Positions 39,645 to 53,111 of a stretch of 64,000 nucleotides of DNA are shown piece after piece. Where the stretch lies: contig MU626278.1 of NCBI GenBank assembly GCA_025603075.1, positions 1-64,000 on the forward strand, in the 5' to 3' direction. How positions within the stretch are numbered: position 1 is the first letter of the stretch; the number at the start of each line of letters is the position of its first letter. The stretch comes from Neoconidiobolus thromboides FSU 785. Lineage: Eukaryota > Fungi > Entomophthoromycota. Below the pieces are notes generated by a model. The model was not told the DNA's origin and searched no databases. It worked only from the letters and a program-made list of their open reading frames with translations. Position numbers and translations under genes: made by a program.

Positions 39645-40589
39645 TTTAACAAAAATGAAATAGAATAAAAAGAGCAATTGGACAGCAAAACTTAGGTATA
39701 TATAATCTTTAATATTGATTTATATTGTAAGTTATATTAAATTTTTATATTTTTAGATTATAGATTTCGGATTATCAATTTATTTAAATTTTCATTTTAG
39801 ACTATAATGTTCGATTCAGATGCCACCAAGATCGTCGATCCTTGAAATGAACTCAAGAGTTTAAAATAATAGTAAATTATATAATATTTACGATTAAAGG
39901 CATTTTAATTTGATATTGATTTTATTAAAATATGTCTTAGTCCGTATTTTATAAATTCTCTACTATTTTTAGCACTAAACTTTTATTTAGTTTTTTAATC
40001 TTTCATAACTATTTTTTACTTTATCATACGTAAATTAAAATGATCAAACTAATGATTTGCTTACTTGTTTAGTTATCAATTTAAAACTAGAAATTGATAT
40101 AAAATTTCTAGCCATATTTTTATTAAATTAAAGCTTATAGATAAATCCTAAACAAAATAATGAAATTTCATATATTATTTTATACTTTTATTTTATCGCA
40201 TATAGGTTCCATACCTATCCCAAGTAATTTTTTAGTTTAGATTTTTATCATTAATTTATTGATTGATTTTAGAGCAAAATTTGGTTCTAAAAAATAACAA
40301 TTTACTCATATTTCAACCTTTTAAGCCTATTAACTAATTTAGATACTTTCTTTAATATTATTAATAAACAGTAAGATTTAGTGAATATAGGTGAAGGCTA
40401 GTGTAATCCTTATCCATTTGCCATAATATTGACAATTATAATGAAAACAAAGTTATTTAAAACATGAAATAAAAATTAAATAGAGAACAAATTTTTCTTA
40501 GTAAATTTCAATAAGGGCTTATGTTTGTTTTAAACTATGTCCATTTTAGCCTTACATTGGGTTTAATTTTATATACTTTCTTTGTGAAT

Positions 40590-40900
40590 CAATGGCACTC
40601 CTTAAAAATATGTCCCGCCACGTTATAAATAGTCTTTAAAAATCTTAATTACTTCTTCAAATAACAAATAGTTTCATTTAAATAGATTAAAATATTGGAA
40701 TATAATATTGAAAAATTACATAAAAGATTAGTGATAAGCAATTTTTATAAAAAACAGTGTATAAAATCTAAAACTATCTATATCTATCCGAATGGGGGGC
40801 TTTCTTGGAGCAAAAATTATCACTCCCCTTTTTCCTTCTCATCTATTACGAAAATAATATAGAGTTGTTATTGAAGACCCTCTGATACCAGTAACTACAA
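40590..40900 (-). mobile_element. Probable LTR-retrotransposon relic (primer-binding site plus decayed gag zinc knuckle)
   Basis: Minus strand TGGTATCAGAG (40890-40880) matches the classical tRNA-iMet PBS core. About 265 nt downstream, 40615-40595 reads GHIFKEC, a half CCHC knuckle. Confidence 0.4.
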
Positions 40901-41214
40901 TTTGAAATACACTATTTAGCTTTATTTTGAAACAATTCTGATTTTTAGCCTAGAAGATTAAAAGCTACAATGTTCCCAAAAGGTGTGCCCAAAGTGGTGT
41001 TTATTATGACAAAAGGAAGAGATAATTCAACTATGTAATCCTAGCATCAATTAAATCAATCTCTAGACTAAAATATTTTTCGTCAAATTTTTTATTAAAT
41101 AGACAGTTTAATTCTTTTATTAAATTCAAATCATTATTGTATTTCTATAATACCATAATAAAGACTATGAAAGCAACTGGTTTTTATAATAGCTAAAAGC
41201 TTCGCTTCTACAAC

Positions 41215-41283
41215 TTTTGCAAAATAAAGTAGACTGATTTATTGAGGATCATCTAGTAAATTAGTCCACTTTATTTTGCAAAA
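41215..41283. repeat. Inverted repeat/hairpin with 27-bp arms and 15-nt loop
   Basis: TTTTGCAAAATAAAGTAGACTGATTTA (41215-41241) vs TAAATTAGTCCACTTTATTTTGCAAAA (41257-41283): 25/27 complementary. Confidence 0.85.
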
Positions 41284-41856
41284 AGGTGAAATATAAAAAT
41301 ATTTCATATTTTCAAACATTTGAGGTTGGTTTAAATGAAATTATATTCTTAAGTCTCTAATTTTATCATACTATCTATATACAAAATATTTGGACTTAAC
41401 AATTTTTGTAAAAGTACTAATCTTAAAGTGTTTTTATTATTTTAGTAGTGGAAAAGCCAAATTGGATATGTGAGCAATAGAGCTAGTAGGCAAGGAGGAG
41501 GAGAGTCCTTATGAATTTAAAATTATAGGGGTTTGGAAATAAGTTTACTCTGATAAAACTAATCTTCAAGTTAAACTATTTTCCGTAAAATTCTTTATTA
41601 AATAATTTAATCTTTTTGCTAAATTTATAATATCATATAGGTAAATAGAATATTATTTAATATTGCAAAAAAAAAGAGCGAAATCTAATTTTTATTAAAT
41701 TAAAGAAGACTTAGGTAATGCAAATTGCCATTTTATAAGTCGAGAAATAAAAAAGAATTTCGAAAAATTTAATAACTTTCTTTATATTAAAATTATCATT
41801 TTAAACAAGTTATTTATATGATTAGAAACATAATATTTAAAAAAAACATAGAATTA

Positions 41857-43134
41857 ATGAATAGAGCATGTTTAACTTCAGGTAATTAAGTATTGAATTT
41901 GAAGCTATAGAACCGATTTATAATTTTATTTTAGTTAAACCTAGATATATTAGACTTCAACCTAATTTAATTAACTTTAATCACTATTCCTCCAACTCAC
42001 TTAAACCGGAATATAAAACGGACCCTAATAAATATTTGGGGGATAAAGAGCAGATTAATGAAAAAGGGTTTATGGATAAATTCAAAGAGTTGTTTTACTT
42101 TTACAAGAATGGAATTAAATTAATTTTTAAAAACCGAAAGGAAGCATCCTTGTTAAAAGCCAAACAAAATCAAGGAGAAGTTTTGACTAGAAGGGAGTTC
42201 CAATTGGTAATATTTTTATTTTTATTTTTTATATAAACTTATTTTTAGATTTATAATAGTGGTAAAGATATGAAAAAATTAATACCTTTTGGACTCTTGC
42301 TTCTTATATTACCAGAATCAATTCCTTTTGTGCTTGTATTTGCCCCTCAATTTGTACCTTCTACTTGTATAACTGAAGAACAAATGGTAAAATTAAATAC
42401 TATAGGAATAAACTTTTACTTACTAATTTTAGTTGAAAAAAAGAAAGAAGATTCAAGAGAAGAGAGATAACATTACTGAATTTGCTTTAAAGAGTACTAG
42501 AAATAACCAACAATTGGTAAAATTATATCAATCATTATCTTTAAGTCATTTTTATAATTCTTGTTTAGCTTACTCAAAAAAATTTCACTCAAATTGAAAA
42601 TGTTGCCAACGCTTTAGCTAACTACCATAGAAGTTTTGAGTTTAATTTCATTCAAAAAAAAGCTTTACAAGGCTATTTGAAGTAAGTATTTACAAATATA
42701 GTAGCTATCATTGTAATAATATTATTTAGATTTATGGGTATATCTAGTTTTGGTCCACTTAGCTTATTACAACGTCGAGTTTCTCAACATTTTGACTATT
42801 TAAAACAAGATGATCAAGTAAGATTTAGTGTTGTTTTATATAAATATAAAGCTAATCAAATAAAGTATCTTATAAAAGAAGGGGTTGAAGGATTGAATGA
42901 AAAAGAATTAATATTAGCCTTAGAAGAGCGTGGATTGTAATTTATTTTTGCAATTTATTTTTAAAAAATAATTAATTATATTATAGGAGAACTTTGGAGT
43001 TAAATACTACTCAAATGAAAAATTCATTGAATTTTTGGTTAAGTGCTCATCAGTTAAGTAACCCATCCCCTCCACCTATCTTTTTAATTCTTATGAATAT
43101 TTTCCGTAATAACGTGTCGCCACAAAAACAATAA
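41857..43134 (+). CDS. LETM1-like (ribosome-binding domain) mitochondrial protein, multi-exon
   Basis: Hand-spliced: MNRACLTS|VKPRYIRLQ... (presequence-like), KELFYFYKNGIK, LTRREFQL, DMKKLIPFGLLLLILPESIP...PSTC, RRVSQHFDYLKQDD, EGVEGLNEKELILALEERG. Confidence 0.8.
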
Positions 43135-43432
43135 ATATGTTTTAGACTAACGATGTTATTTTATATCTCAAATTTTACGTTCTTGTATTCTTATATTTTA
43201 TATATTCTGAAATAAATTTTGATTTCTATGAATTTTGTTTGGTACTAGAGTAACTCCAAATTAAGCTATCGTTTTCATAGTGCTTAAAGCGATGTCTTGT
43301 AAAGAAACCAATCAAAGTTGAAGTTTAAAAAAACAAAAATGAGCAAATTGTAGACAAAGTTCTTAAAATACCAAGATTTATGGTGGCTTTAAAACTTCGA
43401 TATTTTTTAAAAAAGTAAAAACAAAATAAAAA

Positions 43433-46400
43433 ATGGCAAGTAGTAGTGCTGCACAACCCAGTATGGAGGATCAAGCGAAGAGATTAGAAGAGGCCTTAAA
43501 TGTAGTAAATAAGCAATCATCATTTATGAAAAAATGTTTAGATGATAATAAACTTATGGACGCTTTAAAACATTGTTCAGCTATGTTATCTGAGCTAAGA
43601 TCTTCTTCATTGTCCCCAAAAAATTATTATGAGTTATATATAGCTATCTTTGATCAACTTCGTTATATGACTTCTTATCTTAAAGAAGCTCATATTCACG
43701 GTATTCATGACTTAGCTGACCTTTATGAATTAGTTCAATATGCTGGAAATATTATTCCAAGATTATACCTCATGATTACCATTGGTTCCGTATTTATGAG
43801 CTTACCAGACGCTCCAGTTAAAGAAATTATGAAAGATATGATTGAAATGGCTAAAGGTGTTCAACACCCTACCCGTGGTTTATTTTTGAGACATTATCTT
43901 TCTGGTATGACTAAAGATTATTTGCCAATTGGGGACTCTGATGGGTAAGGCTTTAATAATATTTAGAATGATTAAAAATTCATATTCTAAAGGCTACAAG
44001 GAAACCTCAGCGATAGTATTAGTTTTACTTTAGAAAATTTTGTCGAGATGAATAAATTATGGGTAAGACTTCAACATCAAGGTCACTCTAGAGAAAGATC
44101 AAAGCGTGAAGCTGAACGTAAAGAGTTGCGTACCTTAGTAGGCACCAATTTAGTAAGATTATCTCAATTGGAGGGTATGAATTTAGAGTTGTATAAATCT
44201 CGTATTTTACCTGAATTATTGGAACAAATTATAAACTGTAAGGATCTTATTGCACAAGAATATTTAATGGAAGCAATCATCCAGGTAATTAAATCTTTTT
44301 TTGAAGTTTTAATGTTTTATTAAGTTTAATATTTGAGGTTTTTCAAGATGACTTTCATCTTCGTACCTTAACTCCATTTTTAGCATCAATTGCTAATCTT
44401 CACCCACAATTATCAGCTAAAGGTATTGTTATCTCATTTATTGATCGTTTAGCAGCATATGCTTCTAGGGAAGCAGAAAATGAAGAAAATGAGGAGATTG
44501 AAGAAGAAAATATAATAAATGAAGATCAAAAAACATTAGCTGAAGAAGAAGGAGAAAATGCTACTCCAGTCACTACCAAAAAGCAAGAAGATAAAGTAAA
44601 AACTCATCGTGGTATACCAGAAGATGTTAAATTATTTGAAGTCCTTTGGAAGCAAGTCATTGATTTAATTGAAGTACACATATATAATTCAATCAGTTTT
44701 TAAAATATAAATTATCCTTTTCTAGGCTCGTAAGGAAATTCCTTTTGATGATATTACTGCCCTCTTAGTTTCTTCCGCTAATTTAGCTATCTCTTGTTAC
44801 CCTGATAACCTTGAATATTTTGATCAAGTATTAACAAATGCTAAAGAACGCTATATTGCTTTAGAAGATAGGTAAAAAGTCTATATTTTTATTTGCTTGT
44901 TTAATTAATCCATTTTTTAGCCCAGATGCACAATCAACTACTGCGTTAGCTAACTTACTTAGTTTATTAAAGGCACCAATTGAAGCCTACCCAGATTTGT
45001 TAACTTTATTAAAACTCAAAAATTATCTTGATTTATATAAATCACAACCTTATGAATCACGTCGTACTATTGCCAATACACTCATAACTGGTCTTTTAAA
45101 GAGAGAAACTTTATTAATAAATAAAGTCGAAGTGGATGGAGTATTAGATGTTATTTCAGTATTGTTAAAAGATCAAGACGATGGTGGTATTCGATTTAGC
45201 AGAATGTTTGGAGATATATCTAAAAAACTAGCCTATGAAAAAGAAGAAAAATATGTAACTGAGTTAACTTCAGTTGCTAGACTTCTTAACTTGATTCATA
45301 ATGAGAATTCGGATGTTATGCTAGAGGTAAATTTTATTGATGGATTTTTTAAATTTAAATTAATACTTTTAGCTTTTGAAATCTGCTTTTACATTTGTAA
45401 TTCAAGGTGATGTTAGAGTTAAATTTACTTTACCACCTCTTATCCATTCAGGTATCAAATTACTACGTATCAATGCACTTAAAGAAGAGAAGGTAATTTA
45501 TTTACATAATTCTTAATTTACTTCTTTTTAAATATAATTTTATCATAGCCAGAAGATCCATTTGAAGCATATAGATCAATATTTTCATTTTTACATAATT
45601 CAATTACCAATTTGTATAATAAAACAGAAGGTCACGATATTACTTTCCGTTTATTTTTAGCATCGGCTTTAGCTGCCGATGAACTCAATTGTGAAGCTCA
45701 AGCTTACGATTTTTTTGTTGAGGTAAATAATAATCAAGTTCGAAAAACATTAAAAATTAAAATAAATAAATAGGCATTCACTTATTATGAAGAATGTATC
45801 AGTGAAAGTAAAGCACAATATGAAGCTATATTACTGTTGATTGGTTCTTTACATTCTACTCGCTCTTTTGGTGCTGAAAATTATGATAATTTAGCTACTA
45901 AATGTGTATTACATGCTGGCAAATTATTGAAGAAACCAGATCAATGTCGAGCCCTTTCTCAAGCTTCAAGATTATTTTGGGTTGTTGCTACTCCCCAAGC
46001 ACAAATTCCTGGTTCGGATCAACTTCATTTACCTTTATTATCTCAACGTGAGGTAGTGTTATTATTTACAGTAAATTTATATAAAATTCATTTTTTAATA
46101 GGAAAACTTATATCGTGAGGGTAAAAGAGTATTAGAAACCTTGCAAAGAGCACTTAAAATTGCGGATGGAGTCATGGATCCCTTAAGGAGGTTTGAATTA
46201 TTTGTTGAATTAATTCAACATTATTTATATCATTTTCGTATGGGATGTAACTCCATTGAAGCACGCTATATTAATGGCTTATTTGAAATTACGCGTACTC
46301 ATTTAGATAACTTAGAGTTAGAAAATGAAAGTAATAATGGTATTGGGTATCAAAACGTAGCACCTGATTTAGCGTTTGGCTTATCAAAAAGCTCTGTTTT

Positions 46401-46512
46401 AGATATGTTTCAACGTTGCTTACAGCAAGTTAAACAATTAAAACAAAATCCACCTAAATTGGATTATCATGTAGATTTTCAACTTTTGGAACCAGAAACT
46501 GTGGATTTTTGA
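43433..46512 (+). CDS. VPS35: Retromer subunit VPS35, multi-exon
   Basis: [87 protein letters not shown]-like segment. Confidence 0.95.
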
Positions 46513-46826
46513 TAGTATAAGATGATTTCTTTTAATTAAAGTTGGGATATAAAACATTCTTATTTAATTTTTATTTAAACTCATTATGTAAAATATATTA
46601 TCATGCTATTTCTGGATTTTGTTTTAGTCTTAATAAGAAAATATGAATAATATGAAGGAATATTTGATAGTAAATAAGTTAAATTCTCAACAAATACAAA
46701 TTTAACAATAATGATATAAATAAGTAAAGATTAAAATCCAATTTTAATTTAAAAAGATTAAAGAATAAAATAATGAAAGGGGGTAGAAGAAATACCATAC
46801 AGAAAAAGATATGTTCAAGAAGAAAC

Positions 46827-48332
46827 TTAAGTAGAAGCAATCATAGCAGTCATAGCAGCACCAATACCAGAACCATCTTTAGCAATAACTAATTTAACTT
46901 TAGTAGCATCATCACCCATTAATTCTTCTAAAGCTAATAACATGTCCTTTTTAAAGTTAGGATGATGTTCAAATAAAGAACCATCAATACCAATGGTAAC
47001 TTCATCTTCAACACAATCCATACGTTTTTTAACTACAGCCGATAATACAGTAGCAGATAATCTAGCAGATCTTCTAGCTACAATATTGCAAATTCCTTTA
47101 ATAGTTTCCAATTCTTTAAGTGTAATAGAATCTCTTGAAATACCAATAATATCTTCAAAAATATGACGAGTTTTAGTTAATCTTGGTGAATCATCTGCAG
47201 AGATTTCAGAGAGATAGGAAGTAAGCAATTGATATGGAGAATTTAATATAGTAGTAGAACGTCCTTTAAACAAAGCACGATTATCAATTAAATACAATAA
47301 AATATTACGAACAATTTCTCCTAAATAACGACCTGAAATCATTTTTTCTAATACCATTTCATATGGATTTTGAGTTTCCCTATCTAATTTATGATCAAAA
47401 GAAGTACATGGAATATATTCTTTATCTGTATCAAAGGAACCCCATTCAATATTTAAGATCATCTCATCTGAAATATTTGGATCTCCTTTCCATTTTTTGA
47501 TATTACTTAATTTTTCATAATAAGCAGCATTAGTACCAGTACCCAAAATAACACCAGCTAAAGTATTTGGATAAGTATAAGCGGAAGATAAAAGAGTACC
47601 AACAGTATCGTTAACAATAGCAGCAACAGTAACATTTAATAGACGGCGATCTAAAGCATCTTGGAGTAATTGAACAACATCTTTACCTAAAGCACCAGGG
47701 CAAGTGAAACCTTTATTCCACATCAATAGTTTACCTCTATTAATAGCTGTTTGGGTTACTGGAAAAGAAAATGTAAATCCCAATGGAATAGTATCATTAC
47801 TATTAGAACTAGAAACTTTATGTTCTAAGATAAAATTTTCAATATGAGTGGCAATATAATCGAATAGTTGTTTGGCTTCAGCAGATTTTAACTCTTCCGG
47901 TACAACAAATTTACGCTGTAATACCTGTACTGGTTGTTTACTACCTCTTAAATGAACTAAACAGATTCTTAAATTGGAACCACCTAAATCAATAGCAAAA
48001 TAAGAACCAATTTCTTCACCTGTTGGACGACCTGTGACAAAAGTAGGAATCATTGGTAATTGACCACCATCACGACTTAAACCTAATTCCATTTCATTAA
48101 GGAAAGCTTCTTGAATGGACTGTAAAGTGGATAAACTAAGTTCAAATTGAGATTCAACTTCATGGAATAAATAAGCGAGCTTTTGAGTTTTAATTTCACT
48201 CAATATATTTTCTTCTTGACCAGGTGGAGAACTTGGTTGGGGTTGAGAAATCGAAATTTTAGAATTATTACGAGAGATAGGAGCTTTAGGGATATCTTGC
48301 CCATTAATATCAGTAGTACTTTGAGTCATCAT
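46827..48332 (-). CDS. HXK: Hexokinase/glucokinase (intronless)
   Basis: LPMIPTFV, AIDLGGSNLRI, LGFTFSFP, LMWNKGF, VNDTVGTL, ILGTGTNAAY, NIEWGSF, EKMISGRYLGE, IDGSLFEHHP, DGSGIGAA. Confidence 0.95.
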   Translation of the reverse strand: MMTQSTTDINGQDIPKAPISRNNSKISISQPQPSSPPGQEENILSEIKTQKLAYLFHEVESQFELSLSTLQSIQEAFLNEMELGLSRDGGQLPMIPTFVTGRPTGEEIGSYFAIDLGGSNLRICLVHLRGSKQPVQVLQRKFVVPEELKSAEAKQLFDYIATHIENFILEHKVSSSNSNDTIPLGFTFSFPVTQTAINRGKLLMWNKGFTCPGALGKDVVQLLQDALDRRLLNVTVAAIVNDTVGTLLSSAYTYPNTLAGVILGTGTNAAYYEKLSNIKKWKGDPNISDEMILNIEWGSFDTDKEYIPCTSFDHKLDRETQNPYEMVLEKMISGRYLGEIVRNILLYLIDNRALFKGRSTTILNSPYQLLTSYLSEISADDSPRLTKTRHIFEDIIGISRDSITLKELETIKGICNIVARRSARLSATVLSAVVKKRMDCVEDEVTIGIDGSLFEHHPNFKKDMLLALEELMGDDATKVKLVIAKDGSGIGAAMTAMIAST

Positions 48333-49909
48333 GGCTTAAATAATAAAAATAGAGAGGTTATTTAAACTTTAAGAGAAATTAAATATTTTTTTGATTAAAA
48401 ATGTAATTGTTTTCGTTTATATACATTTTTTCTAATTTGAACCCAATTTTTTCTGTAACATTTTGATTGGTAAAAAGGAGTTTTTCACAATATTTTATTG
48501 GATAATAATTTAAAATGGCACCTGAATAATTTAGTGGAAATTTTGTATGAATGAAATACTAAAAATTTTAAAGTTGTAGGAAGCTATCAATAAATGAACA
48601 TGTTTTCACTTATAGTATAATAACAAGATGTAGACTATATCCTCCTACATAAACAATATATAAAATAAATAGGATAAATTTTGACTATAAAATAAGGTTC
48701 TTAATAAAATATCTTGTCACCCGGATTTTCATAAAATTTAAATTTCTTACAAATAAAATTACCATATTACTTAAAATATATAAACTAGTCAATGGAAATT
48801 TAAGAAGAGTGGAGCACAACTGTTAATTATAGAAATCAATATAACATTACATTGGTCATGTTTTATTTATCCTTTTTTTTAGTCACCAGGTCTAAATATT
48901 GACCATCAACCAATCAATTGAATTTTAGATGAGATTTATCATCCATTCACTTGTTCTTTCAAGTTTACCATTATCCCTTATTTAGAGGAAGGTGTCTTAT
49001 ATTTCATATTTACACCTATTTTTATATATTTGTGTTTAAAAATATAAATTTTAGCACGGAATAAAGAATTGTTATTATGTTTATTTAGGGATTATTTGAT
49101 AAGTTTTATAGGTAAAGGTATAAAATATGAAAATGGTAATGTAAAAATGAAGTAAATTTTGAAAAAAGAATTACCATTTCTATGTTATATTATATCGTTA
49201 ATGCTTCTCATTCTTTCTTATTTTATATTTTACCATAGATTGATCTAAGATAATTTCTACATCACGAGACAAATAATCATATCTTCGTTTTTTTTCTTGT
49301 CTTCTTTTTATGTCATCCTTTTTTATTTTACAGAACCATTCGATTATCTTTTTGTAAAGGAATAATTAAAATTACCAGATTTGATATCTTAAGGCTATAT
49401 TATATCACAATGTTTTAAAAATCTATAAAAATTTCTCTCAATCTATTTTTAACCTAATTTTCTCACGTTCAAGGTTTTAATTTTTATTTCGCTTTAAACA
49501 ACTTTTAAAAATTATTAGCCTTTTTTTATTTGTAGAGTATATTGTATTATAAAATAGACTTTACATTTATGATAATTTATAATAATTTACAAATAATCTA
49601 CATTGAAACCATTTTTACAGCCAACTTTAATATTTAAAGTTTGATTTTTTATTTTCAATTGTATATGTTAGATTCTATATCTATGTTTGATATTTAAACT
49701 ATAATTTACATCAGATGGATTTGAAGATAACATATTAGCCCTACCAATCTAAAATCAACTATTTCATCCCTTATTTTTTAAATCTTGAAAATATACTAAA
49801 AGCAATTAACAAATATGTAAAAGATAGATTTAAAGGATAATATATAACTTGTTCTGATTTTAAAATATAGAAATAACCCAATTTAAGATGATTAAGCATT
49901 ATATAATTT

Positions 49910-52900
49910 TTATTTTAAATTAATAAAATGACCACAGGCACATGGACAAAATATAATACTGTTATCTTTAATTAATGATTTTTTTAATAGAAAATCATCT
50001 TCAGTACTGTTTAGCATTGCATTTAAATCATTTTTGCCATCCACTAATAATTCATTATTATCAAATTCTATACTTTCTAATAAATTTAAAAATTCAAATT
50101 GAATTTTAAGTTCTAATTTTCTTTTTTTTATCCAGAGCTTTATATTTTGATTATTACACGAAGCAAGTAAAATTGGAACTACCATATCTTTTAATTGTTG
50201 ATTACTATTGTTATTTTCAACTCTAAACTGAAATTTATTTGTTTTGATTAACTGTAATATCATTAACTCGATTTTTAATCGATTTTTATTGTTCATCTCT
50301 TTCTCTGTTAGTTTTAATTTAGGCTATTTTATGTTAATAAATAATAACACTAAATAATGTAAATAGCACTTACAATTCTATTAAATAAGATAGTAACTAA
50401 TTTAACAAATATACTTAACTCTAACTTCAATTCAATTGAATGGGAAATTATACTTATTAAACAAGAGGTAATGGAATTGATATACTAAAGTAAGGAATAA
50501 ATAAATGAATGATAAATTGATAAATTGAGATTTACTTCATTTTCATTATCTAGAATAGATTCATAATATTTTTGATACAAAGATATACAATTAGTGATGA
50601 TTTTTGTTGCTAATTTTAGTGATTTAACTTCCTTTATAGTTTCTGTTGGTATTAATATTTGAATTAGATTTAATTGTTGGTTCAATAAACTTTCAATATT
50701 GTTTTCTAAATAAATTATTATATTATTATTATAGCTTGATATATAAAATATTAAATTACCTTGGTGATTAAAATTCTCATCCAATTCCAAATAGGAAAAA
50801 TGAGAAATAAAATAAGTTAAATTAGATTGATTTTCAGATAATAATAGATGTGGTAAAAGGGGAGGAAAGAATAGATAAAAGAATGAATTTAATAGTTTTA
50901 TATTATCAACTATTTCACTATTATTATTATTCTCCTTACCTAATTTCTTTTTTAATTGAAAGATCTTTACAACTAATCTTAAATTTCTGTTAATTAATTG
51001 ATAGTTCTAATTGTTATGATTAATATATTATCAAGTAAGTAGTTCAAAACTTACTTTTTTATCAATTAAATATCTTATATAAATACGTAAACATAGTATC
51101 AAACTTTGAATTATTAACTTAATTTCTGTTTTTATAATATCATCTAAATATAATATTTACTACTATTATTTATTAAGTATTATATTAAGTTACCAATATG
51201 ATTAACACAGCAATAAATAATAAAGTGATAAATATTAATGAAATGATTAAATAATTCATTGTTATTAACAAAGTAGCTTAAATATGTATTATTTAACAAA
51301 ATAAATTCAAGTTGTTTTAAAATGCAATTTAAATCAAATTCTATCTTATTATATGGATTGTCTAATTGAATCCGATTATTTAGCTTATCAACTAACTCTC
51401 GATTGTTAATTGATTTCATTATATTGTATTTGAATTGAACAATCATTAATTTAACGTAATCATTATAATAATCAATTTTAACAAAATAATTTATAATTGT
51501 ATAGTTGTTATCATTGCTTGATGCTATAATATTACTACCATCCTTTTTATTTAGTTTATTACTACTATTATTTGATAGTAATAACTCTAACCCTAACTGA
51601 ATATAATTATGATGCTGTTGAATGTTATAAATGTCACTATCAACTAAGCAATTGTCTTGAAGTTGAAAAATAGTTGATAATAATTGAAACAAGATAATTT
51701 TATCACTTTCATTAAGTAACGAATTCATTCGATTGACGAAGTTCAAGTTTAACCAATTAAATTCCTAAATAATGTTAGATAAATTACTTTAATTGATTGC
51801 AACAATCTACAGTTAATAATAGTCTACCTCGTTATCATTTAATAAATTATCATTATCATTATCTAATTCAATAAATCGACTTAAATATGAATTTAAATAG
51901 GATAATAAATATTTGTTAATCCGTTTATTATTGATATTATTTGATAATTCATTTTTGAAACAATTTACATGTTGAATTATATACTCTTTATTATCAATCA
52001 ACTTTAATAAATAAAACAAATAAGAATTACTTGCTTTTAAATCCAATTCACTCAATCTTAGTAAATAATTCTTTTCCTTTTCATAATTTATATTCTTTTT
52101 ATTACCATTCTTATTTATGTTAATCTCATTAAACGATATAATTTCCACCATTAAATTAATTAATTTGCTCTCTGTTTGTTTATTCTCCAAGAATACCAAT
52201 AGTTTCAACATCTCTTCCAACTTGATGATAGTAATATTAAATTGATACTCTTTAGTTAAACTAAAGATGAAACTTAATAATTGATATATTAACTCTTTAC
52301 TAGTACTATTATTAATATAATAAAATAATTTGATTTTAAAATAGGTAAAATAAGTAATCAATTCACTATCAACCTTATTTCTATATTTTATGAACTCTCT
52401 AGTCTCATAAATGATTCTTTGAATAACTCCTTCATTTTCTTCATTCATCAAAATATGCTCATAAATCCTTTCAATGAATAATATTTTAAACTCCATGTTA
52501 ATAATATCATAATACTTTTTAAATATTATAAATAATCCAATAATACTTTGTTTTCTTACTATAAAACTTGGATCAATTAATTGTTTCTAAAAAAAAATAA
52601 ATCAAGTTAAGAATTATCATGCTATTAACTACTTACGTTGATAACTTCTAACTGGTTATAAAATTCCGATTTAAAATTGTTGTCATTACATAATGGAAAT
52701 AACCAACAAAAAAAAGTTATAGCATTAGCTCTAACTATTGAAGATCAATAACTAAACGCTGCAACAAAAAAATACAAATAACAGTTACCTATCGGATTTG
52801 CCACAAATAAATAATTATAATAAAACGGTGAAAACAATTGAAATAATATTTTTTCTGCTTCGTTTAAATCTTCACTACTTCTCAACTCTAAAAACGCTTC

Positions 52901-53111
52901 AATTTCCTCTTTTACTTTAGCTTCTATTAACTCTATCTCTCCTTCGTTTCGCGGATTTAACAAATATCGTTCAATAACTTTGTGAAGCACTTCCTTTTCT
53001 ATTATAATTAGTTCAGTATTTATTTCAACAACCGGCTTAATCTTTATTATAATTACCTATACTCTCCTTTTGTCTGCATTCGCTTGTACTCCATTGTTTG
53101 TAGATGCTCAT
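49910..53111 (-). CDS. NCAPG2: Divergent HEAT-repeat protein resembling condensin II subunit CAP-G2, multi-exon
   Basis: Hand-spliced exons 53111-53057, 52998-52789, 52734-52637 and 52586 onward give EAEKILFQLFSPFYYNYLFVANPIVRANAITFFCWLFPL...KQLIDPSFIVRKQSIIGLFIIFKKYYDII. This parallels the CAP-G2 core as I recall it (VEEMLYRLYxPILWRGLxAxNSxVRxNAAxLFxxAFP...LLxDPxPxVRxxGIxGVxxIxxxYWE). Confidence 0.6.
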
